A stretch of 47,066 nt of DNA from Octopus bimaculoides (Eukaryota): NCBI RefSeq assembly GCF_001194135.2, contig NC_068987.1, positions 84,168,571 to 84,215,636 of the forward strand. The letters run 5' to 3'. This document shows positions 12,164 through 24,812 of this stretch, one piece after another. Position numbers and translations under genes: made by a program. The notes beneath the pieces were generated by a model. The model did no database searches. It worked only from the letters and a program-made list of their open reading frames with translations, and had not been told where the DNA came from. Position 1 is the first letter of the stretch; every line of letters starts with the position of its first letter.

Positions 12164-12934
12164 NNNNNNNNNNNNNNNNNNNNNNNNNNNNNNNNNNNNN
12201 NNNNNNNNNNNNNNNNNNNNNNNNNNNNNNNNNNNNNNNNNNNNNNNNNNNNNNNNNNNNNNNNNNNNNNNNNNNNNNNNNNNNNNNNNNNNNNNNNNNN
12301 NNNNNNNNNNNNNNNNNNNNNNNNNNNNNNNNNNNNNNNNNNNNNNNNNNNNNNNNNNNNNNNNNNNNNNNNNNNNNNNNNNNNNNNNNNNNNNNNNNNN
12401 NNNNNNNNNNNNNNNNNNNNNNNNNNNNNNNNNNNNNNNNNNNNNNNNNNNNNNNNNNNNNNNNNNNNNNNNNNNNNNNNNNNNNNNNNNNNNNNNNNNN
12501 NNNNNNNNNNNNNNNNNNNNNNNNNNNNNNNNNNNNNNNNNNNNNNNNNNNNNNNNNNNNNNNNNNNNNNNNNNNNNNNNNNNNNNNNNNNNNNNNNNNN
12601 NNNNNNNNNNNNNNNNNNNNNNNNNNNNNNNNNNNNNNNNNNNNNNNNNNNNNNNNNNNNNNNNNNNNNNNNNNNNNNNNNNNNNNNNNNNNNNNNNNNN
12701 NNNNNNNNNNNNNNNNNNNNNNNNNNNNNNNNNNNNNNNNNNNNNNNNNNNNNNNNNNNNNNNNNNNNNNNNNNNNNNNNNNNNNNNNNNNNNNNNNNNN
12801 NNNNNNNNCAGATTATTAGGCACCTCAGTTTTTTCGCAATAACAGAGTATTTATTCCTCCGAATCCAGATATTTTCCCACTGCATGATGATAATACCCAT
12901 CTGCATGTACTATACCAAAATATATCTGATCCAC

Positions 12935-14254
12935 CACTACGTAAAGAAGCAACAGCCATTTTTGTTAATAGGCATCGTTTTCACCGTCCTAAATTATTAG
13001 GTAGGTCTAATAAAAATGCTAGTTATGATAAAATAAACATTTATTTAATGCGACAATTAATTTTTAACAACAAATATAATCATAACGGAATTTATAATGA
13101 ACATAATAATATGTTTGAATGGAATTAATACAAGAAATATCACGTCATAAAGCTCTTAATAATAGACGTACGATCCGCTACATAAGAGAACGTCCCTGTC
13201 ACGTTTATCCATTGAATTTGTAAAGGTAACTATTTCATCAGGTGTAATATTCGCAGCAGCATCCGTAATAGCTTCCTAGATCACATCTTTCTTTAAAAAG
13301 TGCCGTCCATCTTGATATAACTTCCTTTTCAGAACACACCATATATTTTCAATCCAGTTTAAATAGATGAACATGCTGGCCATTTTATCAAACGGCGTCC
13401 AGAGAAGCCTAATTGCTCTAGGTATTCCAGGGATTGCTTAGCTGCATGGAAGCGTGTATTATCTTGCATGTATGTTAGCGTTTTCTTAAAACAAACTTTC
13501 TGCTTCTTCAACCATGGCTTAAATTTGTTATCCAAAATGGCAACATAGGCAGTAGATGTCATGTTGATTCTGTCTCGAACTTCTCAAGGACCAACGAATT
13601 TGTCTGCAATTTTACTAGCCACAATCACGACTCCGCCTCCCGTTTGTTGGCATCTCAAACGATGAAGGCGATTTCCGCTAATTGCAAACCATCCTTTACT
13701 CCACCCATCTGGTCCGCCTAGGGTAGCACATCATTCGTCAGTAGGAGGACTTTTGGAAAATATATCTTCATGTAGTCTTCTGCGCATTTGACTCAAAATT
13801 ATTGATGAGCAGCCTTAAGAAGGGGGCCTTGTAACAGCTTTTACGTTCTCGGTTACCTACTTCAAGAAACGACACCTGGTAGATTTCGAAATGTCTTCCC
13901 TACCACAACGTGTAAACACTACTCGATTAGTCAGACATGTGGTTTTCGCAACATCTCTCGTTATATTTGACAGGGTGCGCTTGGAAACAACCCTCGATTT
14001 ACCCCTGTCAGTCCTCGAACGGACAGCAGAAGACTCCACAAATTTCTTTACAGTTCGATGGTCTCTTCTGAGATTTTGCAATTCCCAATGTCGCTTTTGT
14101 CTTCCTGAGCTCTGAGACGATGATGGACTTGTAATTTTATGTAAAATCACGTTTATGACCCATAATAACACATTTATTTTGCATTTGCCTAAAAGTTTAG
14201 GACGGTAAAATTGTTGCTGTTTGACGAAAATGGCCGCCGTTTGTTTACATCTTG
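12935..14254 (-). mobile_element. Decayed Tc1-type DNA transposon with DD37E transposase (TRT-like)
   Basis: N-terminal RDHRTVKKFV...KSTRCRFLK (ORF 13857..14354); TDE*CATLGGPDGW (D at 13737-13739); MQDN...WPACS (D at 13461-13463); frameshifted (D)LNWIEN (E at 13348-13350); stop at 13156. Degenerate inverted termini at about 12935-13045 and 14140-14254. Confidence 0.9.
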
Positions 14255-14527
14255 CCATTGTTTGTTTGTCTGCCTGTCTGTCTATCGATTTCATTATGCA
14301 TATGTAATTCTGTCCCTTCCATCCCACGAAACACCTGTACGCTAAATGAATCATTTATACCGACTACATTTCCGGCTGTTTTCTCTTATATATTCGCTGT
14401 GCTGACTCCGCATTCCAACCTATCTGGAGTTACGAAGTCTCTGTAACTACGTCGGAGTTCAATGTAAAACTGATGTACCCCATCTACACCCTTAGATAGC
14501 ATGTAGCACCTTTCGGATTTTTTTTAA

Positions 14528-14567
<40 letters not shown>

Positions 14568-15570
14568 ACACACACATTCACACATACACAAACACACACA
14601 AACATACATAAACACACCGACGCAGATATATATATANNNNNNNNNNNNNNNNNNNNNNNNNNNNNNNNNNNNNNNNNNNNNNNNNNNNNNNNNNNNNNNN
14701 NNNNNNNNNNNNNNNACCCCACTTTATGAGATTAAATACAAAAAAAAATTACCATATAATTTTGTTTATATAGTGTATACAGTAAAATTAAATGAATCAC
14801 AAATGATAGATGTATGTTAACTAAAGCGTGTAATCGAACATTTTGAGTGCACAGCGTATGTACCTCCGTAAAACAGGACTGTAGTTTTGAGAATGTGTCT
14901 GCGCGTTTTTTTTTTAAATTTCTTTGTGTCTTTAAATGTGTAAATGTGTGCGGAATATACTTTTCTTAGAAGTTCAAATATTCCCGATAAAGTCGAAAAA
15001 AACTAAAAAAAAAAAAAAAAATCACTCAGATATATCAAAATGTTGCACTTGACTTCAAAAGAATATTTCACCGAGAGATGTATAATATAATTCAAATTTT
15101 CTTTCTATTTGCAGTCAGTAGAGTTTTACATATAACTGTGTACATACACACTCATAGATACGTATATGTGTTTTTTACGCACGCGCATTCTCAGATACAT
15201 ATAAACTTACATAGACATCTTAAAAAAAAACTACTACCACATACATACATGCAGAGACACATGTGTAATTGCATGCATTTGTTTATCATTACTTACATAC
15301 AGACAGCCGACATACATAGAAATATATACTGGAATGAAGTCCATCAAAGACTTAATTTTTTTGTGTCATACTATCATACTACTGACTACAGATACAAATA
15401 TTATACCTTAAACTTTTATACAAATTAAATGGCTATAAGGGAAAACTGCGATGGCCACGACTAGTTTCGTGGTCTCAGATCCTATTCTAATGGGGAAAGT
15501 AATCAGATTATCCCTAGACTAGAGAAGGACCTCACTCAAATGCTTACAATAGGGTAGACTAAAGTCCAGT

Positions 15571-15758
15571 TCTATATTTAAGAGATGAAGAACTATGTAC
15601 AATATTTAGTTTATTTACATTATTTACATTTGACGGATATTTGTCCTCAACTTGTTTGTTGTTAACACAACGCTTTGGCTGATATACGCTCCAGCCTTCA
15701 TCAGATGTCTTGGGGAAATTTCGAACCTGGGTTCTCAATCCTAACGTATTTTTCGATG
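15571..15758 (-). mobile_element. Non-autonomous repeat fragment carrying a degenerate PLE-type hammerhead
   Basis: Contains the motif at 15664-15709 and abuts (TTA)n; the family is recognised from memory of octopus repeats, not verified. Confidence 0.6.
15664..15709 (-). ncRNA. Degenerate minimal type-I hammerhead ribozyme
   Basis: Minus strand: GACAU-CUGAUGA-A-GGCUG(gagcguauau)CAGCC-AAAG-CGUU-GUGUU. Stems I and II pair; GAAA is replaced by AAAG. Confidence 0.7.
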
Positions 15759-15784
15759 TTATTATTATTATTACTACTATTATT

Positions 15785-16338
15785 GAGTGAGAGAGCATTG
15801 CATGCCATCAAAGTGACACTGGGGTAAAATATACGAAGCCCAATATACCCATCATGGCTACCCGTCTGATAAGGGTACACCAGGCACATGCATCACAGTT
15901 ATATGTGCGCGACATAGTGATCTCATATCAATATAAACAATGCATGACCTCGCAGGTGGGACCCAGTTAGACTTTTCTTCAGGTTGAGTAGCCCATCCCG
16001 CTCAAAAGGTCCCTGAATAAGGTTTGTTTAAGAATGTTGACCAAAACACCCATGTTTACAAAGGTGAATTATTCAAACCCCAAAAATTCCTCTCAACACA
16101 TGGCTATGATGCTCCCCCACTACTTCTGCTTGTGATCAGAAATGCACATATCGTCAGCCACCAAGGGACATGCTCAACTGGTTAAGGTCAAACAACTGAC
16201 AAATAAATCTATGGTATTGAGCAGAATATTTGCTGTAGCCCATCTTTTTATACCAAGACAAAACAACGTATATGATATCACCTCCAATCAATTAAGATCA
16301 GAAGCCATGAGAGCCACTGCCGGGTACTGCATCAGGGC
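15785..16338. mobile_element. Probable non-coding interspersed element embedded in (TTA)n
   Basis: 554-bp block of higher GC with no recognisable protein, flanked on both sides by TTA arrays (15759-15784 and 16343-16423); single copy in this window. Confidence 0.55.
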
Positions 16339-16342
16339 TATG

Positions 16343-16419
<77 letters not shown>

Positions 16420-16423
16420 CATT
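16343..16423. repeat. (ATT)n microsatellite
   Basis: Directly visible. Confidence 0.98.
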
Positions 16424-16800
16424 ATGAGACAAAAAGTATTGCTCAAGGAACTGCCTTCCAAGTCTCACGTATGCAAAGTTGGTGGTTAAAAGATGTTGCC
16501 GAAGGGATATGATGCGACATTGAAAAGCATTTTGGATCGATGTGAAGCCTCTGCCACCTTGTTTTCGTTTTAGGTAGAGGCGGTCTACGTCACTGTTTAT
16601 GTTGAAATTATGTGTGTTTGTTTGTATTTCTCGCGTTCTCACATCAGTGGCGGGGATCTCATCAAGCATCCAATCAAGCAGCCTAAATGTTGATATGAGG
16701 ACTGGGTCACTGTTTTATCGAATGCAGAGAGTTCCGAGGTTCAAATTTTGTTTATTCGTCTGTAATATTCTTTAGTGATACGTGTTTTGTTACAGGTAGC
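16424..16800 (-). mobile_element. R4/Dong-clade non-LTR retrotransposon fragment (RT C-terminal region)
   Basis: Reads RITKEYYRRINKI*TSELS...DWMLDEI...NSDVDRLYLKRKQGGRGFTSIQ; the SD.DRLYL.R..GGRG motif is typical of this clade. Confidence 0.88.
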
Positions 16801-17024
16801 ATTGTAAGATATATTTTCATTCATACCTAGATAGCTGTAACCCAACCCGTCAGATACAGGAGAAACAGGCAAGTCATTAATAAAATGTTACTAATCTGGT
16901 TTATAGTTTTTTCCCCTACCACAACAATGTAACAACATTTATTCTGACCAAACTCCAACCCTACATCCTTTGAGAATGTTGCAACTAGATCAAGGCTCTT
17001 TTTCTTCTCATGAATATTATTTGC

Positions 17025-17055
<31 letters not shown>

Positions 17056-17654
17056 TGTATGTATTTATGTATGTATGTATCTATGTCTAAATAACCTCCT
17101 TAACATCATGAATACCGCAAACTTGTAACTATCAGAAAAAGAATTAAACGAAACGTGATTTGTGTTTATACACGTCTATTGATAGTAAATAAATTATTTT
17201 CATTGCAATGCAAAGCCAATTAAGAAGTGACTGACAATATTATCTTTTTAATAACCATACAATTTAAAACATTCCAATGATATAGCATTTTGCAGTGATT
17301 TTTATTTCCTTTCACAATAAGAATATATCTCTTTTCTTTTTATATAAGGAACAGCGGGTTGAATAATGTGCGCTATGTACAAGAGTAACGTAATAAGCTC
17401 CTCCAGGATTTGCTCAGTGAGATTCAGGTGCTTTTGGCAACATACGCCATTTAGTATCAATTACAGTATTAGACCCAACAATCAGTCGGAAGATTTGTAA
17501 AGGAAACAAAAAGCCGTGTCCGTGGAAACTCCCCATGAAACAAAACCCACGCGAACAAAAGCCCATTTCACAAGAACCCCTTCAATTAAAATGTAAAATA
17601 AGACTAACACCAACCCGAATCCCTATTAAAAAAATTTCGGCATCAACATTTTCA

Positions 17655-17752
17655 GATTATTATTATTATTATTATTATTATTAATATTTAAAAAAAAAAT
17701 TTTTATCGTTATCGTTATCATCATCATCATTATTATTATTATCATTATTATC

Positions 17753-17800
<48 letters not shown>

Positions 17801-17804
17801 GTTG

Positions 17805-17866
<62 letters not shown>

Positions 17867-17868
17867 TT
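17655..17868. repeat. (ATT)n/(ATC)n compound microsatellite
   Basis: Directly visible. Confidence 0.97.
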
Positions 17869-18799
17869 GAGCAAAATAATTAAAGTTAATTAGGTAATTA
17901 TTTCCAGTGAACATCCCGGGTCGTTGAAAGATTTCAGATCATGGGTATTCATATTTCGAACCACTAAAATTCAATAATTAATAAATTGTTTAATTTTTTT
18001 TCTTTTTTTATGAATTCTCTTTTTGAAAATTTCAATTAAAATATAATTATAATTTTTAATTATTTCATTTTAACCGCAGGTGTTTTATCCTGCTTTATAT
18101 TATTAAAACGAGGCTGTGTTCTAAGAAGGATTTTCAAAATTGTTCGATAGGATTTTGTCAGAGAACCGCTGAGAGTGAATTCTGTAACGGGTTTGGCTTA
18201 CAACTAAAACGCTGAGTCGAAGATTCGCGGTCCTCTCCAGCGGCGTTTGCACCTATCCAAGCACATGAAATTAAGTGTTAATATATTATCCTCAGAAATT
18301 CATTATTGTTGGTGCTATTATTATTTACTCCCACGTTAGCACTGACTGAGTATACATTTCATTAAGCTATGATCAACCTATTATTTCATAAAGCACTGTG
18401 CACTTTCAGTTATTTTATTCAATGCCTTCATGTTTAACTTGTTAGCATGTAAACTGACATGTCTACCTGCTATTTCTAGTATATAGAGGGATTAGTTTAA
18501 ATGCCCCCTTCATAGCCCTTCCTAATTCAGTTGTCTGTTGCTCAGCAGCAAATTAACCACGATCGAAAAGATTCATTATCAAGCTTATTCACTTTTAACC
18601 ATTTCATCCTTTTTCAGGTATTCCACACTTCATTTTCTATGATTTAATGTCCAAAATTCTATTTTCTAAGCATGTAGGGAGAGGGTCTAGCGATATTTAG
18701 CATCTATTTCTAGCAAATTCAGTTACCGCCATGACACTGCTCCATCGGTCTTTCCTATCGTCCCTTAATGCGGTCTTATTTAATGAACTAAACTTGTAT

Positions 18800-18961
18800 A
18801 GTCGTGACTGTGTGGTAAGAAGTTTGCTTCCCAACCACATGGTTCTGGGTCCTGTCTCACTAGATGGCACCTTGGGCAAGTGACATCTACCATAGCCTTG
18901 GGCCGACCAAGGCTTTGTGAGTGGATTTGGTAGAGGGAAACTGAAAGAAACCAAGCCAGCC

Positions 18962-18999
<38 letters not shown>

Positions 19000-19069
19000 N
19001 NNNNNNNNNNNNNNNNNNNNNNNNNNNNNNNNNNNNNNNNNNNNNNNNNNNNNNNNNNNNNNNNNNNNN

Positions 19070-19116
<47 letters not shown>

Positions 19117-19328
19117 TGTATGTTTGTACTTACGCAATCTGTTGACAACTGATGCTGGCGTGTTTATGTTCCCGTAAAATAGCGGTTCGGCCAAAGAAAC
19201 GATAGAATAAATACTACGTTTACAAAGAATAAATCATTGAGTCGATTTCTTCAAGTAACACCCTTCAAGGTGGTGCTCCAGCATGGCCGCAGTCAAATGA
19301 GTGAAACAAGTAAAAAAATAAAAAAAGA
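18800..19328 (+). mobile_element. Full-length SINE family B
   Basis: Head gtgactgtgtggtaagaagtttgcttcccaaccacatgg, internal (TA)-gap-(GT) tract, tail gaaacaagtaaaaaaataaaaaaag; homologous to 6883-7310. Confidence 0.92.
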
Positions 19329-19989
19329 ATACAAGTATATTAAACGTGCCACTGGTAGAATAAAATACGTATGCTCTTATGGACATACTGCAAATTATTC
19401 ATATTAAGTTGTGTTAAAGATAAGTATAAAACGTTTTATACATGCCCTTCTGATTACACACTGTCTAGAAATAAAGAACAGAGCTATTGATCGTACAAGC
19501 AATCGTGGATACCTCATGCTGCTAGAAGCAACACGTGTTCTAATTTCTGTTCTCATTGGAGCGTATTGTCGTACTGACTATCCACAAAAGTTTCGAAACT
19601 TTATACTTTATCTGAAAGCATAATTTTATTGCTAGCAACATTCTTTTGAAGTCAGGTACAATGTTTTTGAAGAAAGTAAGAACAATTTTTAGCTTTTAAT
19701 CGCACGTACTTGAATAGCTTTGAAAATATATTTAAACAAACAAACAAAAAAAAAAGGAAATTATATTAGTCATTCACATTCAAACACACCACACTCAAGT
19801 ATGTATGTTTGTATGTATGTGTGTATGTAAACACATATGTATGTTTTTGTACAAAGAGGCACAAATAAATACAACCACGACGATTGATTAATGTGGTGGG
19901 GTATGTATTTTGTTGCTCGACTTGGTAAAAATAACAAACAAATCTAACACAAATGTCACCTAACAGTTTATATCTTAAGCGCAGCAGCC

Positions 19990-20445
19990 GAATGTCCATG
20001 GTTGACCCCATAATTCAGAGATATCATCACCGCTGTCTTTTAATTTGATCAAAGGGCAAAGTTTGGTGCTTTGAGATTACGTTGTGTTAAAGAGCATAAC
20101 GTTTTTAACTGCCAACTTACCTAACTAGTCTTGGTGCTTTCCACAAATACGCTCACCATATAGTATTTGTTTAGGGATCCTCCGATCATTCATTTGTACA
20201 AGGTTTCAAGTCCAACGGAAACGGTGCCTGTGCAACATCACTTTGCTGCACTGGGCATCGGCTGCCATCACAATCTACATATCACGTGTCCACAAGGATC
20301 AGCCAACATGCAAAATGTGTCTCAGACGTCTCGGAGGGAAGCGTACAATAACCCATACATGATACCCCTGAAGTGACCATTGTATAAAGGTATGACGTCA
20401 GCACCCATGTACAGTATAAACGGACGTTTGTTCGTCTTGTGATGT
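19990..20445 (-). mobile_element. RTE-clade LINE remnant (post-RT region)
   Basis: Reads RRLRHILHVG*...KVMLHRHRFRWT*NLVQMNDRRIPKQILYGE (QMND...YGE at 20152-20197), matching the RTE LRW.GHV.RM.D.RIPKQ.LYGE motif; several stops. Outer boundaries are approximate. Confidence 0.82.
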
Positions 20446-21221
20446 CATGCATTAAAACATATCTAAATGCATATTCAAATAAGTACATTTTAAAACGGTA
20501 CAGATCTACACGCCTAACAAACCACTATTTGTATGTAAGAGAACGTGTGTTTGTGTGTGCATGTGAGTGTGCGAGCGCGTGTTTATGTGTTCGTATATGT
20601 GACAGCACGCATGTTGCTGGCGTTCGTTACATTTTTCAAATCTTAAACCAATTTTCAAAATATCAAACTATAAATTGATAACTATAGTAATAGCTGTAAT
20701 ACTATTATACTATTGAAAACTATATATAACCATTGAGTAATAATATAGAAAAACTGAAGAAAAGAATTAGTAAAATGATGTGAAGTTATTTTAACATTTA
20801 TGCTATGGCTGATTAGCGAGCTGGAAAGAAAACATTTTCGCCAGCCATCTTGCGGAGACTAAATGTCTAGACAATCTGCATGAATGGATGTTGTCATGTT
20901 AGGATTTAGTTGCGTTGATAAAATAGTTTTGACTCTGAAAATAAGATCAGAATCAGTCAGCATGATTATTTTGTCAATATGCAGAAATATTCGCTTATTC
21001 ATGTCTACGGTTACACATGTACCGATCGCATTTTCAGTTGAAAGTTACCATCAAGAAGTTTTTAAAAGATGTTGAAACTAGCAAGTTCTTTTTCGCACCA
21101 GTTAATAGTAATACAAAATGATGATGCTTAAGGAAATGGCAACAATAATGATAATAATGATGATGACAATGATGAATAAGAAACTTGCGTTTGTGAAGTT
21201 GACAATAACATTAGTGATAAT

Positions 21222-21339
<118 letters not shown>

Positions 21340-22754
21340 GTTTGTAGTGCGAAGATGCGAGAGTGATTTTGATCCTGTCTTCGAAAAATATTACCAAGTG
21401 AAATGTTCGTTAGAATAAGTGTAAAACAAATCTATAGTTGCTGAAAGTAAGGTTGTCCTGGATGTTCAGACTGAAGAGAGAAAAAAGAAGTTTGTTTTAC
21501 AAGAAAATATAATATTTCCACATTACTTTACTCAATTATGTTACAAGACTACTCACTACAATTGAAGTAAAACAACAGAAATTCAAAACATATGACTAAA
21601 TATACAAGGGGGAAAGAATTAAAATGTACACTTTAGCGAACAGTATGTTCGAAAAACTAAAATACAAAATGTCCGAAATACTAAAATACTTTATCGTGAC
21701 GAAGGCGAAAGTAGAGGCTTGATAAGGTGTAGCGACACTTACATATTATCAAATACTTGCATTTGTGTGAAGGCTAATATGCTCCTAATACATAATGAAG
21801 TTTTTGATCACAGGTGCAAGAAAAAATGTAGGTGGGAGAGTAACTCATATATAAGACTTTAGATCAGAGTTATACAAGAAATTGTCAAGGCAACATTGTA
21901 GTAGAGCGACGTAACTCAACCCATCCAGTAAATGTTATTTCCTGAAAACATATTTATTGTACTTTGTTTATTATGTTTGTGTATATGTATGGTCATGTGT
22001 GCAGATATATACGTGTATGGGAATGTGCATATATATGCGCGCGCGCTCGTGTGTGTATGTTTGTGTGTGTGCTTTCTCGCTTTTACAGAAATAAAAAAAG
22101 CAAAATATGGCGAAAATGTTCATTTTTGCATTCAACGTTAAAATTGACACTGAATGAACAACTGTAAACAAAATTATGCGCAAAAATTACGTGTAACGGC
22201 TATCAAATATCAAAAAGAAAAAATCATAACATTGACAAAAGGCATTTAAAAAATCGTATCTTTATCTATTTGCGAAAAACGAAATTACTTTCTTGCCATC
22301 CCAATATATACAGATGTGTAGATGTATACATATATACGCAAATCTTTAATAAATCTTAATATACATATATTGTATGATAACTTTTATCCATTCCGTTCAT
22401 AAAATATAAATGTGGCCTTTCACACTCTACCACCTCTAATTAACACGTTGAAAGCTTGGTATCTCTCGACCCATTTTGACTAACCCAGACCGATTTTGGC
22501 TTTCGACCATGAGGATTAAGTAGAATGCATTTGCAGTTGACGCAATGGATTGTAGCCAAAGCAAAATTTGGTTCTGTAGTCATTAGTCTATATTTTGCTG
22601 TTGTCATGATAAATATTGAGTCTATCAACAACTGTTAATGTTAAGTTTGCTTGTTTTCAAGAATCAAAATAAAACTTGCACTTCATCATCATCAACGACT
22701 TTTCTCTTTTTTCTTTCTTCTTCTGTGTTTTCCAATTCTTTGGATGGTTTCGTA

Positions 22755-22979
22755 TTTTGGCACGTTTTGGCACGATGTCAACAATTTTAGGCAGACGGGT
22801 TAGTAGGCTATATCGATATCAGTACTCAACTGAAGTTTATATAGTTTACTATATCGGCCCTAAAACAATAGCAGGCAGAGGCAGCTCGGGCGGAATTTAA
22901 ACTCAGAAAGTAAAAATCCGGGAGAAATGCCATTCAGCATTTTTTCTGCAGTGCGAACGATTCTGCCAACTCGCAGCCT
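22755..22979 (-). mobile_element. Diverged SINE family A, tail variant 2
   Basis: Minus-strand head aggctgcgagttggcagaatcgtt, B-box-like gagtttaaattcc; the tail carries a duplicated ttttggcacg 10-mer. Confidence 0.8.
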
Positions 22980-22980
22980 A

Positions 22981-23003
22981 AATAATAACAATAATAATAA
23001 TAT

Positions 23004-23098
<95 letters not shown>
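22981..23098. repeat. (AAT)n-(ACT)n-(AAT)n compound microsatellite
   Basis: Directly visible. Confidence 0.97.
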
Positions 23099-23099
<1 letters not shown>

Positions 23100-23106
23100 T
23101 ACACAG

Positions 23107-23432
23107 TACACAATAAGAAGAGCGATGTATGATAGACAATAAAATAGATTGACTTTACTGAACTGAACAATATTTCGAAATTGAACGTTTAAAGTTCTGA
23201 CAGTAACCGAAAACGTTGAGAGTCCAGCGCAAATCGTAATATATATTACAGCTTTTGCTTTTTTTCACGGTTTACTTGTCAGCCCTGTTAGTTTCGCTAG
23301 ATGCCAGTTTTGAGGCCAATCCTGGACCATTGGACTTTGTATCGACGAACTGTCGAAATATTGTTCAGTTCAGTAAACAAAGTCAATCTGTATTTTATTA
23401 CGTATACAACATAACGCTCTTCTTATTGTGTA
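23107..23432. mobile_element. TA-flanked MITE of Tc1/mariner type
   Basis: TA-CACAATAAGAAGAGCG...CGCTCTTCTTATTGTG-TA; imperfect arms at 23107-23178 and 23353-23432 include an exact ttactgaactgaacaatatttcga match. Confidence 0.85.
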
Positions 23433-23468
23433 TTTCCCTTCCTGAAGTGTTACGTTGGTCTTCATAGA

Positions 23469-23483
23469 CTGATGATGATGATG

Positions 23484-23568
<85 letters not shown>

Positions 23569-23690
23569 TAATAATAATAATAATAATGGCAATGATGATG
23601 ATAATGATAATTAATAATAATAGTTATTACTATTATTCTTGTTGTTACCATCATCATCATCATCATCATAATCATCATCATTGTAATTGC
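23469..23690. repeat. (GAT)/(AAT)/(CAT) compound microsatellite
   Basis: Directly visible. Confidence 0.97.
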
Positions 23691-24071
23691 TTATAACGCA
23701 TACATACACTTTCATAGTATTTTTGTAATTCCTAACTATACATGTGGAGATGATATCAGCGATGTAGTCTGGCTGATGTCATTTCGATAATGACAACAGC
23801 ACGATATGTCGTCAAACGCTATTATTCAAATAATTTTTGCGGAAGTATTGTGCAACTCTTACTTCTCTGACTGCCATATTCATAAATAGCGATATTTAGA
23901 ATTGACAATAATGAAAACTGCTAAGAACAGAGTGTAATAGTTTAAAATTATGGTATTCATGAATATAACTCCCGCTGAAATTGGAAAGTTAACACAATCT
24001 GAACACAGGTCTAAAGCAGAAAGTAACGTAAGGATAATTCTTGTTTCGATTCGGTACCATTTCTGCTGTCC

Positions 24072-24148
24072 GTTTCGAATTTTGGCACAAGGCCAGCAAT
24101 TTCGGGGTAGAGGATAAGTCGATTACGCCGACCACAGTTTTCAACTGA
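24072..24148 (-). mobile_element. 3' fragment of SINE family A, tail variant 2
   Basis: gtttcgaattttggcacaaggccagcaatttcgggg...aagtcgattac is the reverse complement of the tail at about 11430-11481. Confidence 0.8.
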
Positions 24149-24812
24149 TTCTACCTAAAATGGAAACAAGGCGGCAGAGGTTTAACATCGATCCAAAATG
24201 CTTTTGAATGTCGCATCATATCCCTTCGGCAGCATCTTTTAACCACCAAGTTTGCATACATGAGACTTGGAAGGCAGCTCCTTGAGCAACACTCTTTGTC
24301 TCGTAACCTAGAATACATGCCCAAAGAAGTCCCATGACTTCACCGCAACGTATCAACAGATGAATGGATGAGCCTATATGAGCAGAAGTATATGCATGGA
24401 TATGTTAGTAGATAGCTCCATGATGATAGTAACATCGATCATCAAAGCAGTTTATCATGGACCAATAATCAGATTACATCCCCCCCACTTTGAAGGGTAT
24501 GCATTTGCAATCCAAGAACAGGAAATAATAACCAAGTACCTGATGCACAAAAGGGATAGAGATGCAGGAAAAGCCGTAAAATGTGACAACCGATGCAGAC
24601 TTTGTGAAGTTAACACTGAAGATATTACTCACATCATAAGCAGTTGTCCGAAAATGTAATCAAGGCATTATCTACCGATGAGACATGACGTTGTAGCTGG
24701 GACACTCTACAATTAAATCCGTCGAAAGGATAATCTGGAGGTCAAAGAAATAAGAACCCACAATATGGTAGAAGCCATAGCTACACATAATAAAGAGGAA
24801 TACTGGTGGAAC
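24149..24812 (+). mobile_element. R4/Dong-clade LINE fragment with CCHC knuckle and start of the restriction-like endonuclease
   Basis: EGYAFAIQEQEIITK...CRLCEVNTEDITHIISSC (ORF 24378..24659), then RHDVVA and YWWNV; the first ~140 bp are about 90% identical (manual estimate) to the reverse complement of 16425-16565. Confidence 0.92.

Noticed and set aside
17495-17585. Loose (g)aacaaaa(g/c)ccca repeats resembling DNA-transposon subterminal repeats
   Set aside because: Too degenerate and no matching opposite terminus.
18085-18310. Higher-GC block that might be a Helitron end or an exon
   Set aside because: No CTRR end with hairpin, no recognisable peptide and no second copy.
20167-20390. Apparent plus-strand exon (tttag|...aag|gtatga, ORF 20167..20376)
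   Set aside because: The minus strand carries clear RTE motifs, so the open frame is the antisense of a LINE.
23196-23222. ctgacag...cgaaaacgtt inside the MITE spacer
   Set aside because: The core is not CUGANGA and there is no stem II.
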